The notes under the pieces are model-generated. The model ran no database searches and was not told the DNA's origin. It was given only the letters and a program-made list of their open reading frames with translations. The position numbers were made by a program, and so were the translations under genes. DNA of 64,000 nucleotides, taken from IMG/VR virus record IMGVR_UViG_3300045988_115271. One strand, written 5' to 3'. This document shows, one piece after another, positions 1-10,154 of this stretch. The number at the start of each line of letters is the position of its first letter. Positions within the stretch are counted from its first letter, which is position 1. This DNA is from a virus.

Positions 1-11
1 TACAAAAAGTT

Positions 12-821
12 ATGATATTAAAAACGACAACCAACGAGTTTTGTTTCATTAACGTAAGTTTCTACGAAACAATAGCAGATCCTCGTCATTTCTTTGAACA
101 GGATTATGAAGAGATGCCGGAATATGAGGAGGAATTAGATTTTGATTTTGATTCTTATTGCAATAAGTTTATTCCTTTTGTACAGGAATGGGCGAATGAG
201 GTAAGTGAACGCCTTTACGGATATGGCGTGAATAGTATAAAGGTAACATCGGTCGGATATCCGAAAGAATATAATTATGGTACTGATTGGATGAACGTAG
301 AGGTAGAGTTTTGTGATGAATGGAGGCAAAAGATGTTATCTAACATTAGTAAGATTGTCAATGATGATAAATGCAAGAAGTATGCGGAGACTAATTACCG
401 GTCGGTATCAGGATACATCTTTTTAGGACCTGAAGATTTAAAGGAATTTGAAAAGGAAATAATAGAAAGAAAGTCGGATTCCGGATATGATGTAACAATA
501 TTATTAAATATGTATCTAACTTTGGCTTTTGTAAAAGAATTTGGATTTAAAGCCGGAGAAGCATGGAGTGAAATAACAGAATATGCTTACGGATGTTTAT
601 CGTATTCCGATTTTGCAACAACAGAGATGCTTATACCGGAAGGTTCGGAGCATTTATTCAAAGACATTTACACGGCAAAGGCCGACGAATTATATCATCA
701 TGTCCTGGATAAATTCGGATGGGCGTGGCGTGATCCGAAATATAAGTCAGAAACAGAATTATGCGCGATGCTAAAGTGGGCAAAAGAAAAAGGCTTGACC
801 ATTGAAGAGTTAAGTATTTAA
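12..821 (+). CDS. hypothetical protein (269 aa)
   Basis: Long ORF in the co-oriented gene block; no recognisable motif. Confidence 0.5.
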   Translation: MILKTTTNEFCFINVSFYETIADPRHFFEQDYEEMPEYEEELDFDFDSYCNKFIPFVQEWANEVSERLYGYGVNSIKVTSVGYPKEYNYGTDWMNVEVEFCDEWRQKMLSNISKIVNDDKCKKYAETNYRSVSGYIFLGPEDLKEFEKEIIERKSDSGYDVTILLNMYLTLAFVKEFGFKAGEAWSEITEYAYGCLSYSDFATTEMLIPEGSEHLFKDIYTAKADELYHHVLDKFGWAWRDPKYKSETELCAMLKWAKEKGLTIEELSI

Positions 822-848
822 TTGTTAAACATAAGGCAGTAGTGGTGC

Positions 849-1133
849 GTGAGTATAGGTGCTGCCGTTAAAATATTTTATAAGATGAAAAAAGAAGAGA
901 TTCAAACTATTTTATACACAATCAAAGAAGGAGACAGTATTAAAATCAAAGTACAAGACAAAAGTGAAGAGATAAGACTGCGGGATCATGTAAGAAGAGT
1001 ACAGAAATACGGATACAGGTTTTGTTTGTCTCATTTACATGATGGAATTTTCTATCTGGAGAAGTTGAAAGAAGGGGATAAGGATAAATACTATAGAGTA
1101 ATAAACAGAGGAAATGGAAAGACCGGAGTATAA
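849..1133 (+). CDS. hypothetical protein (94 aa)
   Basis: ORF in the co-oriented block; start uncertain. Confidence 0.35.
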   Translation: MSIGAAVKIFYKMKKEEIQTILYTIKEGDSIKIKVQDKSEEIRLRDHVRRVQKYGYRFCLSHLHDGIFYLEKLKEGDKDKYYRVINRGNGKTGV

Positions 1134-1407
1134 TAAGCTACGCAAAATAGCTAAGACTACTCCAGGTCTGATAGTGGACGAGGTGCAAAACATGATGCGT
1201 GTATCGCTATACGATAATGGGGAACTTAAGAAGGTGGTAGTAGTAATGAAATGCGATTCTTTTTTACAGTCAAAAAGTAACATAGAAAAGATAATGTTAT
1301 TATCATCTTCTATAGAAGATAGAAAAAACAAAGAAAAAAATAAAACAAAATCAGAAAATGAACAGAATAACAAAAATAAGAGAAGAAATAGGAGAAAAAC
1401 AGGTTGA
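1114..1407 (+). CDS. hypothetical basic protein (97 aa; K/R/N-rich C-terminus)
   Basis: ORF overlaps its neighbours by 20-50 nt; lysine-rich tail. Confidence 0.3.
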   Translation: MERPEYNKLRKIAKTTPGLIVDEVQNMMRVSLYDNGELKKVVVVMKCDSFLQSKSNIEKIMLLSSSIEDRKNKEKNKTKSENEQNNKNKRRNRRKTG

Positions 1408-1741
1408 TTTAACCTTTTACGGGCGCTTTTGCAGCCTTATCGAAGGTGATAGAAAGATAATACTAAGAGCGATAAAAAACGGTCGTAAAAAAGGCGTAAT
1501 CGGAGCCATTCAGCCTGGGAGACATGATAGAATTTGGACCACATGGTCTATTGCTTTTGATGATCTGAAGGTAGGGGATACGGTAGAGTTCAGTACATCT
1601 GGAAAATACAATCCCGGATTTCATTCTACAGAAAAGTATGTAGGGTGTGTAGAATGGATAAAAGGATCAGAATGTGCGATAAAAACAGGTAAGGGGATGG
1701 CAGTAGTATTAATTAAACACATAGAAAGGGTAGTAAAATAA
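1358..1741 (+). CDS. hypothetical protein (127 aa)
   Basis: ORF whose stop overlaps the next ATG (ATGG at 1741). Confidence 0.45.
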   Translation: MNRITKIREEIGEKQVDLTFYGRFCSLIEGDRKIILRAIKNGRKKGVIGAIQPGRHDRIWTTWSIAFDDLKVGDTVEFSTSGKYNPGFHSTEKYVGCVEWIKGSECAIKTGKGMAVVLIKHIERVVK

Positions 1742-2022
1742 TGGATTTAAGGATGTTTATAGACCTATTTCAGGAGATTGAGGTAGAAAACTTGTTTAAA
1801 GCGTTAGATTTATGTATGGAATATGTAAGATTAGATTTACATGTGTTTAATGTAGGAGCTCATGTAACGTGTTCATACAGCAATGATCTTGAATCTCTTT
1901 CACAGGCAGAAGGTTGTAATGTGAATATGATAATAGAGGTACCCTACTTATTCGAAGCATTCATGGAATATGCTTCACCGGAAATGAAGTTGTATTATGA
2001 AAAACTAACAGAGATAGTATAA
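1741..2022 (+). CDS. hypothetical protein (93 aa)
   Basis: Tightly packed ORF. Confidence 0.45.
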   Translation: MDLRMFIDLFQEIEVENLFKALDLCMEYVRLDLHVFNVGAHVTCSYSNDLESLSQAEGCNVNMIIEVPYLFEAFMEYASPEMKLYYEKLTEIV

Positions 2023-2023
2023 T

Positions 2024-2497
2024 ATGAAAGAAGAAGTAGAACGGATAAAGAAGTTGGTAGGCATAGATCATAACAGATGGGAGCAACCTTGTACATGTGA
2101 TAAATGTAAAAACATGTGTAAAGTTCCTTGTATTGGTACGCCAAAAGACATAGAGGCTATCATAGATGCCGGATACGCTGACAGGCTAAAAGAGACAACA
2201 TGGATGGTAGGATTTAGGTTTGCGAGAGAAAAACCAATAGAAATGATCCAGCCAATAGTAAAGGACGAGTGGTGCGCATTCCGCCGGCCAGACGGTCTCT
2301 GCGAGCTGCATGACCGCGGACTAAAGCCGACAGAAGGAGTTCTGGCTTCTTGTAAGGTGGTTGAAGAAGACGATATTCCGACATACGAAACATCCGTATT
2401 TAGAGCAGTAGCTCACGAGTGGGTTAAGGTGGAGAACTTCGGGGATATAATGAAGGTCGTTTTTAAATTTTTATATGAAAATGAACGTAGAAAATAA
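2024..2497 (+). CDS. hypothetical Cys-rich protein (157 aa)
   Basis: CTCDKCKNMCKVPC cluster suggests metal binding. Confidence 0.45.
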   Translation: MKEEVERIKKLVGIDHNRWEQPCTCDKCKNMCKVPCIGTPKDIEAIIDAGYADRLKETTWMVGFRFAREKPIEMIQPIVKDEWCAFRRPDGLCELHDRGLKPTEGVLASCKVVEEDDIPTYETSVFRAVAHEWVKVENFGDIMKVVFKFLYENERRK

Positions 2498-2885
2498 ATT
2501 AGACAAAGTGGTTAAGATCCTAAAAGAAAAAGGATTCGTAGTATATAGAAAGGGCGGGAAGGAGCCAGGTGTGTTTTATGCCAAAGAAGGTGACAGCCGG
2601 ATAGGATTCGTTTATCCAAACAACGGATATATATACGACAGGATAAAAATATGGTCTTTTTCAAGGGTGTATAAACCACATAAGAAAACCGGATCTTCGT
2701 GCTTAATGTGTGTCAGCGACGAATTTACTATAGAAAATGCGATTAAGAGCGTAGAAGATAGACTGTGGGTAAATTATATAAAAGACGGTAACAAAAAACG
2801 ACCAGAAGAATATAAAAATATAAGAGAATTTGTTGGTAGCTTCACTAAATTCTACAGCTCTGTAGAATTAGTTGAGGTTAAGTAG
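2475..2885 (+). CDS. hypothetical protein (136 aa)
   Basis: ORF in block. Confidence 0.4.
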   Translation: MKMNVENKLDKVVKILKEKGFVVYRKGGKEPGVFYAKEGDSRIGFVYPNNGYIYDRIKIWSFSRVYKPHKKTGSSCLMCVSDEFTIENAIKSVEDRLWVNYIKDGNKKRPEEYKNIREFVGSFTKFYSSVELVEVK

Positions 2886-2891
2886 TTTTCC

Positions 2892-3215
2892 ATGCGAGTT
2901 AGTTACCAGCACTGGTCTGCGAAGATAGGTGCCGTTTTTTTTATTCAAGAAAGGAGGACAAAGATGGAGAAAAGAGACAAGAAGATGCCTTACGAGGTAG
3001 TCATACAGGAAAGAAAAAGAGTAGATTTATACGGTAACGTAGTGTATTATATCTATTGGTTTGATAAATATGGGTACAATATCACAAACGAATGGAAATT
3101 CTGGAGCAAGGGTCCGAAAAAGAAATACGATAGAGTTAATCGTTATCTAACGGATAGTTGGTTGAAGGAATACTGTAAGAATAACAATTTAAAGATAAGT
3201 AGAATAAAGGAATGA
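2892..3215 (+). CDS. hypothetical protein (107 aa; true start may be an internal Met)
   Basis: ORF in block. Confidence 0.35.
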   Translation: MRVSYQHWSAKIGAVFFIQERRTKMEKRDKKMPYEVVIQERKRVDLYGNVVYYIYWFDKYGYNITNEWKFWSKGPKKKYDRVNRYLTDSWLKEYCKNNNLKISRIKE

Positions 3216-3727
3216 AAAATATAAAAGTAGATAAAGTGATATTATATTACATGGATCGGGTAGACCCTGACGGGAACCTATACCGGTTCTATGTGTATAA
3301 AGGAATGGCATCTGAAATAGAATACTTTTGCACTGAAGAGGCAGGTAATATGACCATACCAATCGGAGAAGGAAAGTATATTGAGATCGTACCAAAAGAA
3401 ATAGAGAAAATACCGGTAAGGGGATATAGGAAGCTTGCTGGAATATGGAATCGTGAAACATGTAACGGAAAGGGATGGTATAGGCTTTTTAATTATTTCA
3501 AATACAAGCCGACCCTATGTTATTTTAAAAAAGCGGGACATGATGAAAATGGGAACACAAGATACGAAATATCATTATTTAACAACATTATAAATGTGAC
3601 AAGGTATTTTAATCTGTGGAGAATGAAGCCAGGAAAGTATGCTATGGTAACAAACGAGTGTGGAGCCTTGGATGTTATAAAAGAAAAATTTGACAACATA
3701 AATATAGTGGAATATGGATCTGAATGA
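3212..3727 (+). CDS. hypothetical protein (171 aa)
   Basis: ATGA overlap with the upstream ORF. Confidence 0.45.
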   Translation: MKNIKVDKVILYYMDRVDPDGNLYRFYVYKGMASEIEYFCTEEAGNMTIPIGEGKYIEIVPKEIEKIPVRGYRKLAGIWNRETCNGKGWYRLFNYFKYKPTLCYFKKAGHDENGNTRYEISLFNNIINVTRYFNLWRMKPGKYAMVTNECGALDVIKEKFDNINIVEYGSE

Positions 3728-4073
3728 ATTGTACAAAGAAATAGAAAAAGCAGAGATTGATCTGAATGCAAAAAGATTAAAGTACATCAAAGAGGCATTA
3801 GTGGAGAACGGTGGAAGTATAAAGCTAAAATTTAAAAAATGGGGAGAAGATAATAATGCGTTTGACTTCGATGATCAGTTTCCGGTGATAATAGAAATTG
3901 CTGGGATTCCTATGTATTTAACGGAAGTGTATGTCAAAAAAAACGATTTTCGTATAGTTCTGCTGGATTATGATGATATGACTTTAGGTGATTATGATAA
4001 TACAGGGGAAAATGAACAGGTTGCTTATTTTATTAACTATTGTTTAAATCAAGACAAAGATGGGAAAGAGTAG
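3714..4073 (+). CDS. hypothetical acidic protein (119 aa)
   Basis: ORF in block. Confidence 0.4.
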   Translation: MDLNELYKEIEKAEIDLNAKRLKYIKEALVENGGSIKLKFKKWGEDNNAFDFDDQFPVIIEIAGIPMYLTEVYVKKNDFRIVLLDYDDMTLGDYDNTGENEQVAYFINYCLNQDKDGKE

Positions 4074-4248
4074 AAAAGATTATGAGAAGTTTCTTAACTC
4101 AATATCTCCAGATAGAGACGATGAGGCATGGATCATTGGAGGAAAGAACAGGTATTGCGGTAGAGAGAATTATGGCACTATGATCAAAAGGTACGATCCT
4201 ATTGGTTTTAATGTAGGGTACAGAGAGTGGGTGAAACAGCCAGAGTAA
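4060..4248 (+). CDS. hypothetical protein (62 aa)
   Basis: Small ORF, followed by a GC-rich hairpin. Confidence 0.3.
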   Translation: MGKSRKDYEKFLNSISPDRDDEAWIIGGKNRYCGRENYGTMIKRYDPIGFNVGYREWVKQPE

Positions 4249-4341
4249 GACGGCGCCTGCCCTGCCATGAGGTCGGCCTGGCTGTCTGTGGCCAGGACCG
4301 TACATTAGTCAGATAGTGAACGACGAAAACAATACAAATGT

Positions 4342-4821
4342 TTGTTAATTATGAGAGTAGAAGATTTAACGAAGTTTGAAGGAGAATGTCCTAACATAGT
4401 CGTATTTGGTACATATATGGATATTAGGGTTCCATTAACGAAGAAATGGAAGAAAATTATTAACGAGAGAGGAGATAAGCCAAACACGTATCATAACTGT
4501 TTGATTAGTTATATCTCAGAGCAGATCGCGTTGTCCGGATTCAACATGAAAAGCATCGGGAACCTGTTAATAAAGGGAATCGTTTTCAATCAAAACGATT
4601 ACTATAAGTATAACGACGTAGGAGGATTCCCGGCAACTATCAACGATTTGGGATATTGGGATAAAAACAGGGTAGAGCCAAATGAAGATTTTCACACTGT
4701 TAGGCTGTTTAATACAGTAAGTGTATATGGATTGATGTTTGGACCCATAAAACAAAATAATTTCATTACGCTGGAAAATGATATAATGCAGATTAATGTT
4801 GGCAGCATAACTTACATCTAA
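4342..4821 (+). CDS. hypothetical protein (159 aa)
   Basis: ORF in block. Confidence 0.45.
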   Translation: MLIMRVEDLTKFEGECPNIVVFGTYMDIRVPLTKKWKKIINERGDKPNTYHNCLISYISEQIALSGFNMKSIGNLLIKGIVFNQNDYYKYNDVGGFPATINDLGYWDKNRVEPNEDFHTVRLFNTVSVYGLMFGPIKQNNFITLENDIMQINVGSITYI

Positions 4822-4832
4822 AGAGATAAATC

Positions 4833-5594
4833 ATGAAGCTATTATACTTAGTGGAGTCGGGAGAATCGAAGTTTCTTGTCTTCGACGAAATGCCTGATAA
4901 AATTAGCACAAAGTACGGAGATGATACCATTATTGGAAGGATAGGAGGTATATTCTATGATTTCCTTGCAAAGAGAAATGAGAGAAGAGAAGCTTTCGGG
5001 GGTAGAAAGTTCGATATCGTACTTGACAACGGAGAGATAGAGAAGTGTGAAGGGCAATGGTGGGATGCGGTGACAGACAGAGCAAGAGAAGAATTGGAAA
5101 AAGAGGGAAATCCATTTTCCAAAATGATGTTGATCGGTGTTTCTTCAGTAGATAGATTATCGGATTGTTATGTGTATTATGGGTTATGGGCATCCGAAAG
5201 TAAGATTGAAGAAATGATAGCTGACTACAAAGGTCATATATATGAGTATTACGAATTTAAGGAAGAGGTCATTAATAAGATAAATGAGACCCTTAGAAAA
5301 TCATATATTCAATCTTGGAAAGAACAGATAATACGGTCTGGGATGAGGCAGAAAGGGAAAGACGTGTTTGAATCACCGGATGGATTGTATGTTGAGATGG
5401 CATATGAGAACAAAGCGTTTGTGCCATATAGACCTATAAAAGAAACCCAGGATTTACCTATAGATGCAAAGCACATACCACTTCTTACAAGGATATTTGG
5501 AAAGAACATACTTGCGGAGATAGGAGGAGGTAAGATATTTATAACTACTGGGAAATATGCTGTGAATTTTTGGTGTTGGACAAAAACAAAATAA
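4833..5594 (+). CDS. hypothetical protein (253 aa)
   Basis: ORF in block. Confidence 0.5.
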   Translation: MKLLYLVESGESKFLVFDEMPDKISTKYGDDTIIGRIGGIFYDFLAKRNERREAFGGRKFDIVLDNGEIEKCEGQWWDAVTDRAREELEKEGNPFSKMMLIGVSSVDRLSDCYVYYGLWASESKIEEMIADYKGHIYEYYEFKEEVINKINETLRKSYIQSWKEQIIRSGMRQKGKDVFESPDGLYVEMAYENKAFVPYRPIKETQDLPIDAKHIPLLTRIFGKNILAEIGGGKIFITTGKYAVNFWCWTKTK

Positions 5595-5595
5595 C

Positions 5596-6201
5596 ATGAA
5601 AACAAAGATAGAAAACCTAAGTTTTATAGTCTTGATATCTTTCCAGTTTGGTATAGGAACAGATAAGACATATTCATCTGAAGCTATATCAGATTTGAAA
5701 AAGGGCAAATACTTCATAGATAAATGTTCAAGTAGAGACGTAATACCTTTAGAAGAAAGTGATAATGGGTGCGTAGAACATAATTATGTAGGGCGTATCA
5801 ATTTAGAAGGACTAAATAAACTGTTATGGAATTGGATTTATCCAGACAGCATAACTAATACAAGTGGAAGTCTGACTCTTCAGTATGGATTATGCGAAGC
5901 CATCATGTTTGAAGGAACAATAAAACAAAAACATGGCGTAGATACGAGGCCTACCATACATAAGATGAACAAAGCTATAACAGGGAAGAGTGATACGTAT
6001 CCGTTGCCATACAGATGTCAGATAGCAGAAGGAATGGCGGGGTATTGCACATATAGCGTATGTGTGACTCCTGTAGAGAAAAAGAATGAAGAATATGAAT
6101 TATGTGAAGAGGTTTTTGATTTCTTTGAATCAATACAAAAACATCCATGTTGTGATTGGGAACAAGATTTTGAAGAGTTCTTTTACAACGATAATGATTA
6201 G
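5596..6201 (+). CDS. putative secreted Cys-rich protein (201 aa)
   Basis: Hydrophobic N-terminus (FIVLISFQFGIG) followed by many Cys residues. Confidence 0.45.
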   Translation: MKTKIENLSFIVLISFQFGIGTDKTYSSEAISDLKKGKYFIDKCSSRDVIPLEESDNGCVEHNYVGRINLEGLNKLLWNWIYPDSITNTSGSLTLQYGLCEAIMFEGTIKQKHGVDTRPTIHKMNKAITGKSDTYPLPYRCQIAEGMAGYCTYSVCVTPVEKKNEEYELCEEVFDFFESIQKHPCCDWEQDFEEFFYNDND

Positions 6202-6204
6202 GAT

Positions 6205-6519
6205 ATGACATTCAAAGAATTTATGAAAGAAATAGGCTATGACCTGATAACTACCTTTTGGGAAGATTTCAGCATAGCCGACAAGTATGGTATAGCAGGT
6301 GTCAAAGATACCTACAAAAGAGCGTTTAATGAATGGAAAGACGATTATAAGTTCTTTACAGAATTGACGATGGTATTGAATCATAAAATCTGGCAGCATT
6401 ATGAAAGCAATCGTGAACTGGCTGCATTGTATGACCGGTTGTGGCGGGAAGCTGACGAGTATGCCATGAACAACTTTAAGGGAGAGGAACTTGATTATTA
6501 TTATAAAATAACAGATTAA
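6205..6519 (+). CDS. hypothetical protein (104 aa)
   Basis: ORF in block. Confidence 0.4.
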   Translation: MTFKEFMKEIGYDLITTFWEDFSIADKYGIAGVKDTYKRAFNEWKDDYKFFTELTMVLNHKIWQHYESNRELAALYDRLWREADEYAMNNFKGEELDYYYKITD

Positions 6520-6523
6520 TATT

Positions 6524-6799
6524 ATGACAGCAGCAGAAAAATTGCGTATGGAAATAGCGCAAGAAGCACCATTTAGTAAGGACGAATTTATTAGTAAAAT
6601 CTCTCGTCTAATTAAGGCGTATGGATATGCAAGTTTTATTTGCGACAAGCATATTCGAGAAACCGATGTATCGCCTAACGGTAACACGATTCGTATGGCA
6701 CATGAACAGGTGGCAATTGATTTTGCTCGTTCTGAGGGTTTCTCGGTATCATACAAACATAACAGTTATGGTGTCAGATACATAGTATTTACTTTGTAA
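6524..6799 (+). CDS. hypothetical protein (91 aa)
   Basis: ORF in block. Confidence 0.4.
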   Translation: MTAAEKLRMEIAQEAPFSKDEFISKISRLIKAYGYASFICDKHIRETDVSPNGNTIRMAHEQVAIDFARSEGFSVSYKHNSYGVRYIVFTL

Positions 6800-6949
6800 T
6801 TTAAATGTGTATGAAAACAGAAAGTGTATATGTAACCGTCAAAATCGACATAGAATGCCCTTCTGATATGACATATTCAGAAGTAGAAGAACTGGTAAAC
6901 GACATGGGTTATAATTTTTCCATTCCGGTTTATCATGAGAGTAAGGTGA

Positions 6950-7441
6950 TTGATATGGAAATATGTGGAGTCAATGAGTAAAATGGTTATGAAAAACACG
7001 ATTGTAACAGACAACTTGATAATATTCAGTGACGGATTTGTTTGGAAAAGATTGTCCAACGAAAAAGCCTACAAGATATGGGTGTCGGCAGAAAATGAAG
7101 ATTTTGAGTTATACAAGGTGAGAGTAGATGATGAGTCTGAGTCATTGATAGAGAGTCTTGAAGACTTGCAGGATGCCTTTAAACAAGGTCATCATGTATG
7201 TATAGAAGTAGGTAAGCTACCATATAGCATAGGTTTGAATTACTTACGAAATCTACAAGAGATGTCGGTGGTAGCCGTGGATGAAATAACAGGGCCAAAA
7301 GAATATAGCAGGGAACAGGCATTTAACATCATTCGAGAGTGGGCTAAAGAGTTTACAGAGAAATATGGAAATTGTGATTTTGATGGCTCATACTATGATG
7401 CAATAGATGAATTTATTGATAAAAAGTTAGGAACTATTTAA
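6950..7441 (+). CDS. hypothetical acidic protein (163 aa)
   Basis: ORF in block; start uncertain. Confidence 0.4.
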   Translation: MIWKYVESMSKMVMKNTIVTDNLIIFSDGFVWKRLSNEKAYKIWVSAENEDFELYKVRVDDESESLIESLEDLQDAFKQGHHVCIEVGKLPYSIGLNYLRNLQEMSVVAVDEITGPKEYSREQAFNIIREWAKEFTEKYGNCDFDGSYYDAIDEFIDKKLGTI

Positions 7442-7452
7442 AACATAAAGAC

Positions 7453-8263
7453 ATGGAAGACAGAATTATTACAACAAAAGAAGTAGGCAATTATCGCATT
7501 AAGATCTATTATGACGATTATAGCGGTGAAAGTCCTATAATTAATTGGGATATGTGCGGATTGTATTTTTTTTGAATATTCCGATACCAGTAGATTACAT
7601 GATGAATGCAATTGGAAAACTTTCTTCTACAATAATAATCATAGATTAAGAGATGTGCTTGAAGCTATTGTGGTGGAGCATGTAAAGCAGGAAGATATTA
7701 TAAAATACCTAAAAGAAGGAAAAGCAAATAATGTTTCATTTATATACAATGGAAGTACTCATTTGTGGGAATTGAGGCATGAGAGCTTTTCATACGTGCA
7801 AGAAGAATTTCTTCCAGAAGATTTGGAGGATTTGGATTATAAGACGGAATTAATAGAATGCTTAGATGACGAAGATCTGTTAAAAATCATAAACGAATAC
7901 GAAAAAGACGTATTAGTAAAAGAGTGGTCAACAAGGGGTCATAGTCAAGGAGATTATGTGGAGGGGATAGCGTATGTCACAAAAGATAGATATGAAAAAA
8001 TATATAATGAAAAAGAGAACTGGAAAGAAGATTGTGCCAAGATTATAGATGATGAAGTGAAATCCATAGGTATGTGGATGTGGGGAGATGTAAAGTGGTA
8101 TGTGCTTGAAAAGAAAGTGAAATTTGTCAAGAAATACAAAGATGAATCCAGGGAGGATGAAGAGGGAGAAGAATGGGAAGAGGTTGATTCCTGTGGGGGT
8201 TATTATATGGAAACAGACGAATTGATAGAAGAAATAATGAAAGAACATAACCTGAAAGAATAA
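7453..8263 (+). pseudogene. hypothetical protein interrupted at a T8 homopolymer (40-aa ORF at 7453..7574, then a GTG-started 202-aa ORF at 7655..8263 whose frame is open back to 7541)
   Basis: A T8 run at 7566..7573 separates two frames; shifting by one nucleotide fuses them. This is either a sequencing error or a programmed frameshift. Confidence 0.35.
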
Positions 8264-8476
8264 GGAGATGGGGAGATCACGAGGGTGTATTATCAGAAAG
8301 AACACCAAAGAATTACAAATAATACTGATTCAGGTCAATGGCTGATAGTGACGGACGCCATAGGAGACAGGTGGGGTAAAGTGCGAAGAGCTCCGGTTCA
8401 GGGGAGACGCGGGCTGTATCACATGGCGTAAGGCTACGGTAGATGAAATTATTGAACATTTTAAAAACAGATAATT

Positions 8477-8890
8477 ATGGGATATATATGTACAAGATGT
8501 GGCGGAACAAATGTTGCCTGTGAAGCCATAGTAAATCCGAATACCGGAAAAATAATAGATTATTTTGATGGATCTTTCATGCATGCTATTTGCTCGAATT
8601 GTGAAAACGAGGTGATAATATCCAACATTGAAGAAGTCAAACATGAAATTGATTTAAGATTTCATGAATTTGTAGAAAGAACAGGGAAGGAGCCTGAATA
8701 CGTAGAATGTCAGATTGTACGGAAAGAGACAGGAGATGAACAAAGAAAGACAATAAAACTATCATTGAGCATCAACGATGATGACAATGATGATGTTTTT
8801 TGTTATTGCAATGGGATAGAATCGTTTAAGCAACTTGCTGAATACGGAGTGGGAGGATTTATCGTAACATTTTGTTGGAGTTTCTTTTAA
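8477..8890 (+). CDS. zinc-ribbon protein (137 aa)
   Basis: CTRCGG...CSNCEN pairs of CxxC. Confidence 0.45.
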   Translation: MGYICTRCGGTNVACEAIVNPNTGKIIDYFDGSFMHAICSNCENEVIISNIEEVKHEIDLRFHEFVERTGKEPEYVECQIVRKETGDEQRKTIKLSLSINDDDNDDVFCYCNGIESFKQLAEYGVGGFIVTFCWSFF

Positions 8891-8903
8891 AACCTATACA
8901 GAT

Positions 8904-9269
8904 ATGAAAATAATAAAAATTCCTATTACAGAGCAAAACAGAGAAGTCTATTGGTCTAGAAACAAAGATAAGAAGGCTTGGGAGAAGTTAATGAGTGAGT
9001 GCCCATCCATGACATCAAAAGAGTTTTGGAATAATGAATGGGAAGAATTTGATAAAGAAGAGATTTCGACGCATTGGTATTTCATTGTTGGCAAACCGGA
9101 ATCGATAATAGATGAGTTGATTAATTTGGAGATAGGGGACACAAACGTATTCTATCCACATATAAAGGAGAATAGACCTTGGGATATTGAAGAAATGGAC
9201 TGGTATGATCTTAGAGAACATGCCAATACCATGAGTGATTTTATTCAGAAGTTATATAACTACATTTAA
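8904..9269 (+). CDS. hypothetical protein (121 aa)
   Basis: ORF in block. Confidence 0.4.
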   Translation: MKIIKIPITEQNREVYWSRNKDKKAWEKLMSECPSMTSKEFWNNEWEEFDKEEISTHWYFIVGKPESIIDELINLEIGDTNVFYPHIKENRPWDIEEMDWYDLREHANTMSDFIQKLYNYI

Positions 9270-9753
9270 AAAATGCTTTATGAATGGAATAATATTTGAA
9301 TTAGAAGAAAAGTCGAAATATACAGGGAGATACATGGATGGGGAAATCTCCTATAATAACACATCTATAGATTACACGAAAGAAATACGAGAATGTGACA
9401 GAAAGAGTGAGATCAAGGATTTATTAAATGACCCTTGTCTTGGTAAAATATTTGAAAAGGGGGAAGTTGATGATGAAATTATATATAATGGTAATATAGA
9501 AGATGTAAAAGAGGAATGGATGCGTGCTATACAAAATGGGGTAGATAAAATGAATGTTAACAAAGATATGAATGGGCATAATCTTATTTATGTAATAAAA
9601 TATGGGATTTGCAGATACGCGTATCGTATTTGCATTGATTCATATCCGGGATATGTTGTAAAAGATCCAATAACACTAATAGAATGGGTTCAAGGTTTAA
9701 AGCCTGGAACCGTCATTAAAATAAGAGGAATATTCATTTATCATTTTTTATAA
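9235..9753 (+). CDS. hypothetical protein (172 aa; start probably an internal Met)
   Basis: ORF in block. Confidence 0.4.
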   Translation: MILFRSYITTFKKCFMNGIIFELEEKSKYTGRYMDGEISYNNTSIDYTKEIRECDRKSEIKDLLNDPCLGKIFEKGEVDDEIIYNGNIEDVKEEWMRAIQNGVDKMNVNKDMNGHNLIYVIKYGICRYAYRICIDSYPGYVVKDPITLIEWVQGLKPGTVIKIRGIFIYHFL

Positions 9754-9761
9754 CATATTTT

Positions 9762-10154
9762 ATGAAAACACAAGAAGAATACGCACTTGAAATTGACGAA
9801 ATTGTTCGCCGGGATGTGGAGAGTTGCCAGAATGACTGGTTTAGGATTGACAGGGAGATATTTATGCAACCGGAAAACAGGAATAAGATATTTATTCTTG
9901 GAACCCGGAAGACCGGATGTGATTTAATAATACTGGGTGGCACTAATTGTAATGAAGGCAGTATGGATTGGCTTTTTGGGAGTCTTGGCAATGAAAATTT
10001 CTATGTATGTCAGCCGTTATCTTTCCAAAAATCATCGCAGGAAATCGAGAAAGTGAATCCCTTGTACGCTTTTAAGTTAGCTACTGCTTATTTCAGGGGA
10101 CAGGGTATGGTTCCGGTATTTGAAGATTGTCATTGCAGACTGGTGAAACTATGA
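9762..10154 (+). CDS. hypothetical protein (130 aa)
   Basis: ORF in block. Confidence 0.4.
   Translation: MKTQEEYALEIDEIVRRDVESCQNDWFRIDREIFMQPENRNKIFILGTRKTGCDLIILGGTNCNEGSMDWLFGSLGNENFYVCQPLSFQKSSQEIEKVNPLYAFKLATAYFRGQGMVPVFEDCHCRLVKL

Noticed and set aside
6130-6756. 208-aa minus-strand ORF spanning two plus-strand genes
   Set aside because: It overlaps two well-packed plus-strand ORFs in a uniformly plus-oriented block, and its Ile/Phe/Leu-rich translation is typical of an AT-rich antisense frame.
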